From Verrucomicrobiales bacterium (GTDB taxonomy: Bacteria > Verrucomicrobiota > Verrucomicrobiia > Limisphaerales > JAYPEY01): a stretch of DNA of 33,182 bases. Position 1 is the first letter of the stretch; every line of letters begins with the position of its first letter. The notes under the pieces were generated by a model. The model was given only the letters and a program-made list of their open reading frames with translations. It was not told the origin of the DNA and made no database searches. Position numbers and translations under genes: made by a program. Of the stretch, positions 24,969 through 33,115 are shown in pieces. Where the stretch lies: contig JAYPGD010000004.1 of the NCBI GenBank assembly GCA_038126655.1, forward strand, positions 1 to 33,182, in the 5' to 3' direction.

Positions 24969-27341
24969 GTGTTGTTGAATATCACCATCCGCCATCACCG
25001 AATCTGCGCCCTGCTCGCCGCGGCGTTGAGCTTCACCGCGCCCATTTCCCGCGCCGCGGACCGCAAAGCCGCCGCTTCCGAGGCCGAATCCGCCCGTTTC
25101 AACGCCGAGGCTCTGTCCTTCCTCAGGGATTTCTGCTTCAGCTGCCACAGCAACGAAAAAAAGAAGGGCGGCCTGAATCTTGAGGACTACACCGCCGAAG
25201 CCCCGAAAATCGAGGACCGCGAAATGTGGGAGGCCGCGCGCGACATGCTCCAGTCCCGCGAGATGCCCCCCGAAAACAAACCCCAACCCTCCGAGGGAAC
25301 ACGGCAGAAAATCGTCGATTACATCGACGCCCAACTCGCCCGGTTCAACTGCGACGACTCCGTCACCCCCGGACGCGTCACCATCCGGCGGCTCAATCGC
25401 GCCGAATACAACAACACCATCCGCGACCTCGCCGGCGTCGATTTCAAACCCGCCGCTGACTTCCCCGCCGACGAAGTCGGCTACGGCTTCGACAACATCG
25501 GCGATGTCCTCTCCCTCTCCCCCATCCTGATGGAAAAATACCTGGCCGCCGCCGAACAGGTCGCAACCAAGGCCATCAAGGTCGATTATCCGCCCCAACC
25601 GAAACGCCGGCGCATCGAGGCGGAGCGGATGAAGATCTTTCTCGAGACCCCGCGCGACGTCCGCGCCGAGGGCAATGTCCTCGGCATGTACCGCGAAGGC
25701 GGCGGCTCGGCCGAATTCCAGGTCGATCGAAAGGACGCGTATCGGATCACCATCCGCGCCGCCGGCGATCAGGCCGGCCCCGAACCGCCCAGGCTCGGTC
25801 TCAAGATCGATGACAAGGAGGTCAAGACCTTCGCCGTCCGCAACGCCCGCAACAAACCGCGCGACTACTCCATCGAGATCCCGCTCGAACCCGGCAACCA
25901 CAAGCTGGCCATCGCCTACCTGAACAACTATGTCGTCAGCAACCATCCGGACCCCCGCATGAACGGCGACCGCAACCTCTTCGCCGATTACATCGACATC
26001 GTCGGCCCGCTCAATGTCGCGCCCGCCCCGCCGCCCGCCTCCCACGCCCTGATCATCCCCCGGCAACCAAAACGCGGACAGGAGCGCCAAGCCGCCTTCG
26101 ACATCCTCAAACGCTTCGCCACCCGCGCCTATCGCCGCCCGGCGACCGACGCCGAAGTCAGGCGGTTGGCCCGCTTCGTCGACATCGTCCGCGCCGAGGG
26201 CGGCAATTTCAACGAAGGCATCCAACTCGCCGTGCAGGCCGCGCTGACCTCGCCGCATTTCCTGTTCCGCTGGGAACTCGATCCCAATGCGGACACCCCG
26301 AACGAAATCCGCCATCTCAACAGCCACCAGATCGCCTCGCGCCTGTCCTACTTCCTCTGGAGCAGCATGCCCGACGACGAGTTGATGCGCCTCGCGGCCG
26401 GGGGAAAACTCACCGACAAGGCGACCATCGCCCACCAGGCAAGGCGCATGCTCAAGGACCCCAAGGCCACCGCCCTCGTCGAAAACTTCGCCGGCCAATG
26501 GCTGCAGATCCGAAACCTCGCCGAGATGGAGCCCGACCCGGAACATTTCCCGACCTTCAACGACAAACTGCGCGCCTCCATGAAGCGCGAGACCGAACTC
26601 TTTTTTGAAGCCATCATGCGCGAGGATCGCAGCGTCCTGGAGTTGCTCGATTCAGACTTCACCTTCCTCGACGAACGCCTCGCCAGGCACTACGGCATCG
26701 AGGGCGTCAAGGGCGACCGCTTCCAGCGCGTCTCCCTCAAGCCGGAGCATAATCGCGGCGGCGTACTCACCCATGCCAGCATCCTGACCATCACCTCCAA
26801 TCCCACCCGCACCTCCCCGGTCATCCGCGGCAAGTGGATCATGGAACAGATCCTCGGCGCGCCCCCGCCCATCCCCCCGCCCGGCGTGCCGGAACTCGAG
26901 GAACAAAGCGCGGTCGACGCCACCGCCTCCCTGCGCAAACGACTGGAACAACACCGCGCCAACCCCGACTGCGCCGTCTGCCACAACAAACTGGACCCCC
27001 TCGGCTTTGCCCTGGAAAACTTCGACGGCATCGGGACCTGGCGGGACTACGATGGAAGATTCCCGATCGACCCCGCCGGCGAACTGCCCTCGGGCGACAA
27101 GTTCTCCGGCGCCGCCGATCTGAAGAACATCCTCAAGAACAACGAGGACTTCATCCGCTCCCTCGCCAGAAACATGCTGACCTACGCGCTCGGCCGCGGC
27201 CTCGAATACTATGACAAATGCGCCGTCGATGACGCTTGCAAACTTTTGAAATCCAATGATCATAAATTCACTGCATTGGTGACCGGCATCGTGACCAGCG
27301 ACCCGTTCCTCCGGCAGGCGAATCCAGACAAATCCGAATGA
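24969..27341 (+). CDS. DUF1592-family multidomain exported protein (PSCyt3-type CxxCH motif + DUF1587/1592/1595/1588/1585-type blocks), 790 aa
   Basis: GTG start; signal RHHRICALLAAALSFTAPISRAAD. LSFLRDFCFSCHSNEKKKGGLNLEDY (CxxCH). RRLNRAEYNNTIRDLAGVDF. FAGQWLQIRNL. TSPVIRGKWIMEQILG. CAVCHNKLDPLGFALENFDGIG. Confidence 0.9.
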   Translation: MLLNITIRHHRICALLAAALSFTAPISRAADRKAAASEAESARFNAEALSFLRDFCFSCHSNEKKKGGLNLEDYTAEAPKIEDREMWEAARDMLQSREMPPENKPQPSEGTRQKIVDYIDAQLARFNCDDSVTPGRVTIRRLNRAEYNNTIRDLAGVDFKPAADFPADEVGYGFDNIGDVLSLSPILMEKYLAAAEQVATKAIKVDYPPQPKRRRIEAERMKIFLETPRDVRAEGNVLGMYREGGGSAEFQVDRKDAYRITIRAAGDQAGPEPPRLGLKIDDKEVKTFAVRNARNKPRDYSIEIPLEPGNHKLAIAYLNNYVVSNHPDPRMNGDRNLFADYIDIVGPLNVAPAPPPASHALIIPRQPKRGQERQAAFDILKRFATRAYRRPATDAEVRRLARFVDIVRAEGGNFNEGIQLAVQAALTSPHFLFRWELDPNADTPNEIRHLNSHQIASRLSYFLWSSMPDDELMRLAAGGKLTDKATIAHQARRMLKDPKATALVENFAGQWLQIRNLAEMEPDPEHFPTFNDKLRASMKRETELFFEAIMREDRSVLELLDSDFTFLDERLARHYGIEGVKGDRFQRVSLKPEHNRGGVLTHASILTITSNPTRTSPVIRGKWIMEQILGAPPPIPPPGVPELEEQSAVDATASLRKRLEQHRANPDCAVCHNKLDPLGFALENFDGIGTWRDYDGRFPIDPAGELPSGDKFSGAADLKNILKNNEDFIRSLARNMLTYALGRGLEYYDKCAVDDACKLLKSNDHKFTALVTGIVTSDPFLRQANPDKSE

Positions 27342-28693
27342 GCAGCAACAACACGCTTCCCAGAAGGTCCTTTCTCAAGGGCGTCGGCGCCGCCGTGGCC
27401 CTCCCGATGCTTGACGCCATGACGCCCGGCCGCGCCTTCAGCGCCGCCAAGGCCGCGTCCGCCCCCCCCGTCCGCGCCGCCTTCATCTTCGTCCCCAACG
27501 GCGTCCACATGGACAACTGGACGCCCACCGCCACCGGCGCCAATTTCGAGCTGCCCTCCATCCTGGAGCCCCTGGCCCCGCTCAAGAATGACCTCCTCGT
27601 CCTCAGCGGCCTCACCCATGACAAGGGCCGCGCCAATGACGACGGCCCCGGCGATCATGCGCGCAACGCCGGCGTCTTCCTCACCGGCGCCCAGCCTCTC
27701 AAGAGCGAAGGCTCCGAAATCCGCGCCGGCGTCTCCATCGACCAGGTCATGGCCCGCGAAATCGGCCAACAGACCCGCTTCGCCTCGCTGGAACTCGCCG
27801 CCGAGGGCGGCCGCTCCTCCGGCAAGTGCGACTCCGGCTACAGCTGCGCCTACTCCAACAACATCTCCTGGCGCGACCCCGCCACCCCGCTGCCCGCCGA
27901 GGTCGATCCCCGCCTCGTCTTCGAACGCCTCTTCGGCAACCAGGTCGCCAAGGAAATGTCCGAAAGCCAGCTGCGCCGCCAACGCTTCCGGAAAAGCATC
28001 CTCGACTTCGTGCTCGAGGACGCCAACAGCCTCAGCTCCAGGGTCGGCCGCGACGACAAGCAGAAACTCGACGAATACCTGACCGCCGTCCGCGACATCG
28101 AAGAACGCATCGAACGCGCCGAGAACGGCCCGGACGCGAAGAGGGTCTCCGCCCGCCTGCGCCCCGCCGGGATCCCTGCAGACTACGGCGAACACATCCG
28201 GCTGCTGGGCGACATGATCGCCCTCGCCTTCCAGACCGACTCCACCCGCGTCGCCACCTTCATGATGGCCCGGGCCGGCAGCAACCGCCCCTACCGCCAG
28301 ATCGGCGTCAACGAGGGACACCACAGCCTCTCCCACCACCAGAGCGACCCCGTCAAACTCGACAAGATCAGCCGCATCAACCGCTTCCACATCGACCAAC
28401 TGAGCTACCTGCTCCAGAAACTCAAATCCATCCGCGAAGGCGACGCCACGCTCCTCGACCATTCCATGATCGTCTACGGCAGCGGCATCAGCGACGGCAA
28501 CCGCCACAACAACGAGAATCTTCCCGTGCTCCTGGCCGGCAAGGCCGGCGGCTCCATCCTCACCGGCCGCCACATGCGCGTCCCCGCCGAAACGCCGATG
28601 ACCAATCTCTTCCTCTCCATGGTCGAACGCATGGGCGGACACGCCGACCGCTTCGGCGACTCCACCGGCAAACTCCGCGGCCTGCGCGGCTGA
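27338..28693 (+). CDS. DUF1552 domain protein, twin-arginine signal (451 aa)
   Basis: MSSNNTLPRRSFLKGVGAAVALPMLDAM, the typical DUF1552 N-terminus with a Tat motif. FIFVPNGV...W.P, LSGLTH, SLEL..., ISW. The start overlaps the upstream stop (ATGA at 27338-27341). Confidence 0.92.
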   Translation: MSSNNTLPRRSFLKGVGAAVALPMLDAMTPGRAFSAAKAASAPPVRAAFIFVPNGVHMDNWTPTATGANFELPSILEPLAPLKNDLLVLSGLTHDKGRANDDGPGDHARNAGVFLTGAQPLKSEGSEIRAGVSIDQVMAREIGQQTRFASLELAAEGGRSSGKCDSGYSCAYSNNISWRDPATPLPAEVDPRLVFERLFGNQVAKEMSESQLRRQRFRKSILDFVLEDANSLSSRVGRDDKQKLDEYLTAVRDIEERIERAENGPDAKRVSARLRPAGIPADYGEHIRLLGDMIALAFQTDSTRVATFMMARAGSNRPYRQIGVNEGHHSLSHHQSDPVKLDKISRINRFHIDQLSYLLQKLKSIREGDATLLDHSMIVYGSGISDGNRHNNENLPVLLAGKAGGSILTGRHMRVPAETPMTNLFLSMVERMGGHADRFGDSTGKLRGLRG

Positions 28694-28707
28694 GGAGTCT
28701 TCAGAAC

Positions 28708-30960
28708 ATGCCTTCCCATCGCCAACGCGCCGCCAAAGGCGCCAGATACGTCCCATTCCTCCTGTTCATCGCATTCTCCCTCCTGGCGCCCCGATTCACC
28801 GCTGCCCAGGACGCCCCGCCTGACGTCCCCGCCCTCATCGAGGATCTCCGCTCCGATGACCGGGTCGCCCGCCGCAAGGCCTCCTTCGCGCTCAGCCAAC
28901 TCGGCCCCAAGGCCGCGCCAGCCGTGCCGGACCTGATCCGGGGCCTGCAGGACCGCGACGACCAGGTCTGGTTCAACTCCATCACCGCCCTCGCCTACAT
29001 CGGCCCGGGAGCAAAGGAGGCGATTCCCGCCCTGATCCGCGGCCTGCGAGGCGACGGCCGCTATTCCGAGCAACGCAGCTACCGCGCCGCCTTCGCCCTC
29101 GGGCGGATCGGCAAACCCGCGCTTCCCGCCCTGACCGAAGCCCTGTCGGATTCCGATTCCCGCATCCGCGCGGGCGCCGCCAAGGCCCTGGGTTGGCTGG
29201 AAGCGGATGCAACCCCCGCCCTGCCAAAGCTCATCGAACGCTTCGCCGACGACAGTTCCGCCGTTCAGGACGCCGCCGCCGCGACCCTCGGCCGCATTGG
29301 AAAACCCGCCGTCCAACCCTTGATCAAGGCCCTCGATTCCGCGGCTGAAGACGTTCGTTGGAACGCCATCTACGCCTTGGGTGAAATCGGCCCCGACGCC
29401 GCCCCCGCCGGCGACCGCCTTCTCGCGTTCGTCGAGGATGGGGGCAATCCCCGACTGCAAAAGGAGGCCATCCACGCCTCGGCGCGAATCAACCATGACC
29501 CGGCGCGATTGGCCCAAGCCTATGTCGCCCTGCTGAACGCCGACGACGCCGGGACCTACGAGACCGTCGTCAACGCGCTGCTCGGACTCCGGCCCGCGCA
29601 CGATTCGTCCGTGCCGCCACTGGCAGAAAAGCTCACCTCCGCCTCCCCCCGCGAGATCGAACGGGCCGCCCACCTGCTCGGCCGCATCGGCGAACCGGCG
29701 AAAGCCGCCGCCCCGAAACTCATCTCACTCGCCGCCTCAGCCGACGCGGGCAAACGCGCCACCTTCACCGCGGCCCTCGTCGGCATCGGCTTCCCCGCGG
29801 TCGCCCCGTTGTTGCAGGAACTGGAGAAACGGAAAACGGCCGGACTCGCCGAAGACGACTGGATCATCGCCGCCCTGAAGCGGATCGGCCTCCCCGCCTT
29901 CAATCGCCTCCGCAATTCACTGGGGCATCAGCATGCCTCCGTCAGGCTTGGCGCCCTGATGGCATTGCGTGAAATCGGCGCTGCAGCCAAGGACGCGCTG
30001 CCGCGCATCCGCCGCCTCGTCAACGATCCCGAAGCCAGAATCCGCGCCGAGTCCACCCTCGCGCTCCACGCCCTCGGCCTCGCGCCTTCCGCCCTGCTTC
30101 CGCCCCTCGACCGGGCCCTGCCGGATCCACCCCCGGCTGTCCGACAGGCCGCCGCCCAGGTCCTGGCCGAACTGGGCGAGGACGCCGAGCCCGCCCGGGG
30201 TTCCCTGATTGCCGCGCTTTCCGACAAGGACGCCGCCGTCCGCGCCAACGCCGTCCGCGCCCTCGGCTCCATCGGACCCGCCGCCGAGAACGCCGTCCCG
30301 CAACTGACGCGGATGCTGGATTCCTCCGAGGGCGCCGTGCGCATCGAACTCGTCCGCGCCCTCGGCTCCATCGGCGCCCCAGCCGCCGAGGCCGCGCCCG
30401 AACTGATCAAACTCGCGGACACCAAAGATCCGGCGCTCAAACCCGTGGTCTTCGCCAGCCTCGCGAAACTCGGCCTGCGCGCCCAGGCCGCCCTGCCCGC
30501 CATCCGCGACTCCCTGGACGATCCCGCGCCGGCCGTTCGGGCAACCGCCTTGCTCGCCGTCAGCGCGCTCGAAACCGACGACGCCCGACTCCAGACCGCC
30601 TTGATCGCCGGCCTCAAGGACGAATCGTCCAACGTCCGCCACACCGCCGCCGAGGCCGCCGGAAAACATCGCCTCCAATCGAAGGAAGCCACGCTCGCCC
30701 TGTTCAAGATGCTGGGCGACAACGACGACCGCAATGCCGCCCTCGCCGCCCTCCGCGAAATCCGTGTCCGCGACCTGCAACTGCTCCGCGACTCGCTTTC
30801 TGACGATTCCCCAGGCGTCCGCGTCTTCGCCGTCATGGCTCTCGCCGGGATGGGCTCCGACGCCGAACCCGCACTCCCCGAAATCCGCCTCCTCCTCCGC
30901 GACCAATACGACTTCGTCCGCCGCCGCGCGCGCGACGCGATCAAACGAATCGAGCGCTGA
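28708..30960 (+). CDS. Secreted HEAT-repeat (PBS-lyase HEAT-like) alpha-solenoid protein, 750 aa
   Basis: ORF 27826..30960 trimmed to the ATG at 28708: MPSHRQRAAKGARYVPFLLFIAFSLLAPRFTAAQD (signal). About 20 units follow of the type D..VR..A..ALG.IGP.A..A.P.L...L.D. The upstream 294 codons are Arg/Pro-rich and overlap the DUF1552 gene in another frame. Confidence 0.88.
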   Translation: MPSHRQRAAKGARYVPFLLFIAFSLLAPRFTAAQDAPPDVPALIEDLRSDDRVARRKASFALSQLGPKAAPAVPDLIRGLQDRDDQVWFNSITALAYIGPGAKEAIPALIRGLRGDGRYSEQRSYRAAFALGRIGKPALPALTEALSDSDSRIRAGAAKALGWLEADATPALPKLIERFADDSSAVQDAAAATLGRIGKPAVQPLIKALDSAAEDVRWNAIYALGEIGPDAAPAGDRLLAFVEDGGNPRLQKEAIHASARINHDPARLAQAYVALLNADDAGTYETVVNALLGLRPAHDSSVPPLAEKLTSASPREIERAAHLLGRIGEPAKAAAPKLISLAASADAGKRATFTAALVGIGFPAVAPLLQELEKRKTAGLAEDDWIIAALKRIGLPAFNRLRNSLGHQHASVRLGALMALREIGAAAKDALPRIRRLVNDPEARIRAESTLALHALGLAPSALLPPLDRALPDPPPAVRQAAAQVLAELGEDAEPARGSLIAALSDKDAAVRANAVRALGSIGPAAENAVPQLTRMLDSSEGAVRIELVRALGSIGAPAAEAAPELIKLADTKDPALKPVVFASLAKLGLRAQAALPAIRDSLDDPAPAVRATALLAVSALETDDARLQTALIAGLKDESSNVRHTAAEAAGKHRLQSKEATLALFKMLGDNDDRNAALAALREIRVRDLQLLRDSLSDDSPGVRVFAVMALAGMGSDAEPALPEIRLLLRDQYDFVRRRARDAIKRIER
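30253..30374 (+). repeat. Exact 23-nt direct repeat GTCCGCGCCCTCGGCTCCATCGG (30253-30275 and 30352-30374), 99-nt register, within the HEAT array
   Basis: Read directly. Both copies encode VRALGSIG in consecutive HEAT units. Confidence 0.85.
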
Positions 30961-30993
30961 CGCCGGGCGTGCTTTCCGGCACATTCTCCGCCG

Positions 30994-32007
30994 ATGCGCT
31001 GCATGTCTCTTGAGAATCCTGCAACCGGGGCGCGGAATTCATTCCGCTTCGATCGCCGGAAACCCGCGGCATCGAAAGACTCCCAGACCTCGGAACAGCC
31101 GCCACTGCCGCCTGCCTGGCCACATGCCCGGAGGAATAGGCGGTCCCCATCTCGTCGCACGGCCGCCTGCGCCTCACCGCGCTCACTCCCGCTGAGAAAC
31201 CGGCAACCCGGCGGAGCTGCCCCGCCTCGGTGGGATATCCCGCTGCTCCTCTGTGTCCTCGCCCTCCTCACCGCCTGCTCCTCACGCAAATCCGAATCGC
31301 CCAAGGCCAACGCCAGCTACACCTCGGTCGCGGCCTGGCGCAACATCGAGGACCTTCCCCGCGCCATCGCCCAGTTCGAGACCGTCTTCTGGGAACCCGC
31401 CGACACCGACAGCCTCCGCCTCCTGATTCGTTCGACCGACATCGTGAAGAACCGGACCGTCATGGAGATCGGAACCGGCACAGGCCTGATCTCCCTCTGC
31501 TGCGCCCAATACGGGGCCAAACAGATCGTGGCCACCGACATCAATTCCAACGCCGTCACCTGCGCCAATTTCAACGCCGCCTGGCTCAATCTCAACCGCC
31601 GCATCGAGACGCGCCTCGTCTCCGAGGACAAATCCGGCGCCTTCGAGGTCATCGGCGACAACGAGCGCTTCGACTTCATCATCTCCAATCCCCCCTGGGT
31701 CGATCAGAAAGTGAAAAACCTCGCCGAGTATGCGCTTTACGATCCCGGCTGGCATCTGCTGACCACGCTCATGGACGGACTCCCCGCCCATCTCAATCCT
31801 GGCGGGCGTTGCCTCCTCGCTTACGGCAGCGTCAGCGGAGTCAAGGCCGTCATCCGCGAAGCCGAAAAACGCGGTTTCCAATGCGTCATCAAGGACGACC
31901 GCAACCTGGACGACCTGGAGGAGGAATTCCTCCCCGGCATGCTCCTCGAAGTCATCGTGCCGGCGGAAAAGATCCAGGCGACCCTGCCCCCTTCCGTCGC
32001 GCCATGA
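30994..32007 (+). CDS. Class I SAM-dependent methyltransferase (MTS/HemK-like, NPPW motif); 5' end uncertain
   Basis: VMEIGTGTGLISLCCAQYGAKQIVATDIN (motif I and post-I) and FDFIISNPPWV (motif IV). The first canonical start in frame is the ATG at 30994. However, codons 1-80 have visibly weaker GC3 bias, and a lipoprotein-like signal (PLLLCVLALLTAC, Cys codon at 31276) sits about 95 codons in with no ATG/GTG/TTG between. Confidence 0.75.
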   Translation: MRCMSLENPATGARNSFRFDRRKPAASKDSQTSEQPPLPPAWPHARRNRRSPSRRTAACASPRSLPLRNRQPGGAAPPRWDIPLLLCVLALLTACSSRKSESPKANASYTSVAAWRNIEDLPRAIAQFETVFWEPADTDSLRLLIRSTDIVKNRTVMEIGTGTGLISLCCAQYGAKQIVATDINSNAVTCANFNAAWLNLNRRIETRLVSEDKSGAFEVIGDNERFDFIISNPPWVDQKVKNLAEYALYDPGWHLLTTLMDGLPAHLNPGGRCLLAYGSVSGVKAVIREAEKRGFQCVIKDDRNLDDLEEEFLPGMLLEVIVPAEKIQATLPPSVAP

Positions 32008-32148
32008 TCGTGAAATGTCCGGACCGCGAGCCTGTCCCCCGCAGCGACGCGCGCACGCCGGATCGCCAAACGCCTCAACCCTGATCCTCATTGCCGCCGA
32101 AGGCCTTGCCCCTCCCTTGCCCTCCCACCTCTCAAGTCAAACGCCGCC

Positions 32149-32943
32149 ATGAAATACACCCGCCACGAACTCGCCAAGATGATCGACCACTCCCTCCTGC
32201 ATCCGACCATGACGGACCAGGAACTGGAGGAAGGCTGCCGACTCGCCGCGGAATATGATGTCGCCTCCGTCTGCATCAAACCCTATGCCGTCAAACAGGC
32301 GGTCGCCTGGCTCGCGGGCTCCGATGTGAAGGTCGGCGCGGTCATCGGCTTCCCCCACGGCAATTCCGCCACCGAGTCCAAACGCTACGAGACCGAACTC
32401 GCCTGCCGCGACGGCGCCGTCGAGATCGACATGGTCGTCAACCTCGGCAAGGCCTTGAGCGGCGATTGGGATTACGTCGAGCAGGACATCAAGGCCGTCT
32501 GCGAGGAAGCCCATTCCCACGACGCCAAGGTGAAGGTGATCTTCGAAAACGACTACCTGACCGATGGCGGGGCCGGGCTTTCCCCCGATGACTTCAAGAA
32601 GAAGCTCTGCGAAATCTGCGAACGCGCCGGAGCCGATTGGGTCAAGACCTCCAGCGGCTACGGCTTCGTCAAGGGGGAGGACGGCAAATACTCCTACCAA
32701 GGCGCCACCGAACACGACCTCGCCCTCATGCGCGCCAACGTTTCCAACAAGGTCCAGGTCAAGGCCGCCGGCGGCGTGCGCGACCTCGACGGCCTCATCA
32801 AGGTCCGCGACCTCGGCTGCTCCCGCTGCGGCGCCACCGCCACCGCCAAAATGCTCGACGACTGCCGCGCGCGTGAAGTAGCCGGAACTGAAGACGATTC
32901 AAAGCCAACCGACGGCGGCTCCATCGGAACCGGCGGGTATTGA
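32149..32943 (+). CDS. deoC: Deoxyribose-phosphate aldolase (264 aa)
   Basis: MKYTRHELAKMIDHSLLHP...ASVCIKPY...VIGFPHG...EIDMVVN...VKVIFE...WVKTSSGYG (Schiff-base Lys)...VKAAGGVR, ending in ...GGY (C-terminal Tyr as in DERA enzymes). Confidence 0.92.
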   Translation: MKYTRHELAKMIDHSLLHPTMTDQELEEGCRLAAEYDVASVCIKPYAVKQAVAWLAGSDVKVGAVIGFPHGNSATESKRYETELACRDGAVEIDMVVNLGKALSGDWDYVEQDIKAVCEEAHSHDAKVKVIFENDYLTDGGAGLSPDDFKKKLCEICERAGADWVKTSSGYGFVKGEDGKYSYQGATEHDLALMRANVSNKVQVKAAGGVRDLDGLIKVRDLGCSRCGATATAKMLDDCRAREVAGTEDDSKPTDGGSIGTGGY

Positions 32944-33071
32944 CCTCTCTGATCACGCCCTGGACCTCACCCCGGAACAAATCGCGGGCATGACATCCCG
33001 CGCGAGCGTTCGGAATTCCGCGCTTATGCGGTCCCCTCGTCTGAAACAGACGACGCTACAATAAAGAGAAA

Positions 33072-33093
33072 AGCCCGGCCAAACGGCCGGGCT
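33072..33093 (-). terminator. Rho-independent terminator for the minus-strand gene ending at 33116 (may also act on deoC transcripts)
   Basis: 9-bp stem AGCCCGGCC / GGCCGGGCT with loop AAAC. On the minus strand it is followed by TTTCTCTTTAT (33071-33061). Confidence 0.55.
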
Positions 33094-33115
33094 CTCAGCT
33101 CAATTCTTCTCTCAA

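Noticed and set aside
28708-30960. Regular periodic repetition of about 93-99 nt, which could superficially suggest a CRISPR-like or tandem array.
   Set aside because: The repeats are degenerate and lie inside one continuous ORF. They correspond to HEAT units at the protein level. There are no conserved repeat / unique spacer alternations and no cas genes.
30958-30996. The HEAT gene's TGA is in frame with the downstream methyltransferase ORF. A small hairpin (GCCGG-N9-CCGGC) follows it, which could indicate selenocysteine insertion or programmed read-through.
   Set aside because: Same-frame placement has a 1-in-3 chance. The hairpin is short, starts too close to the UGA and does not resemble a bacterial SECIS. 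The intervening codons look non-coding.
32990-33064. A 24-codon ORF (MTSRASVRNSALMRSPRLKQTTLQ) in the gap after deoC.
   Set aside because: It overlaps two hairpin structures, has no visible ribosome-binding site or coding bias, and is too short to support.
33072-33081. A 10-nt match (AGCCCGGCCA) between the tRNA-Leu T-arm/acceptor region (1162-1171) and the right-hand terminator, which could be a candidate attL/attR pair.
   Set aside because: The match is short and GC-rich, and it forms part of an independent hairpin. The implied 32-kb island would consist of housekeeping genes (mfd, glnD, ptsH, trmL, deoC) at native GC. I consider it coincidental.
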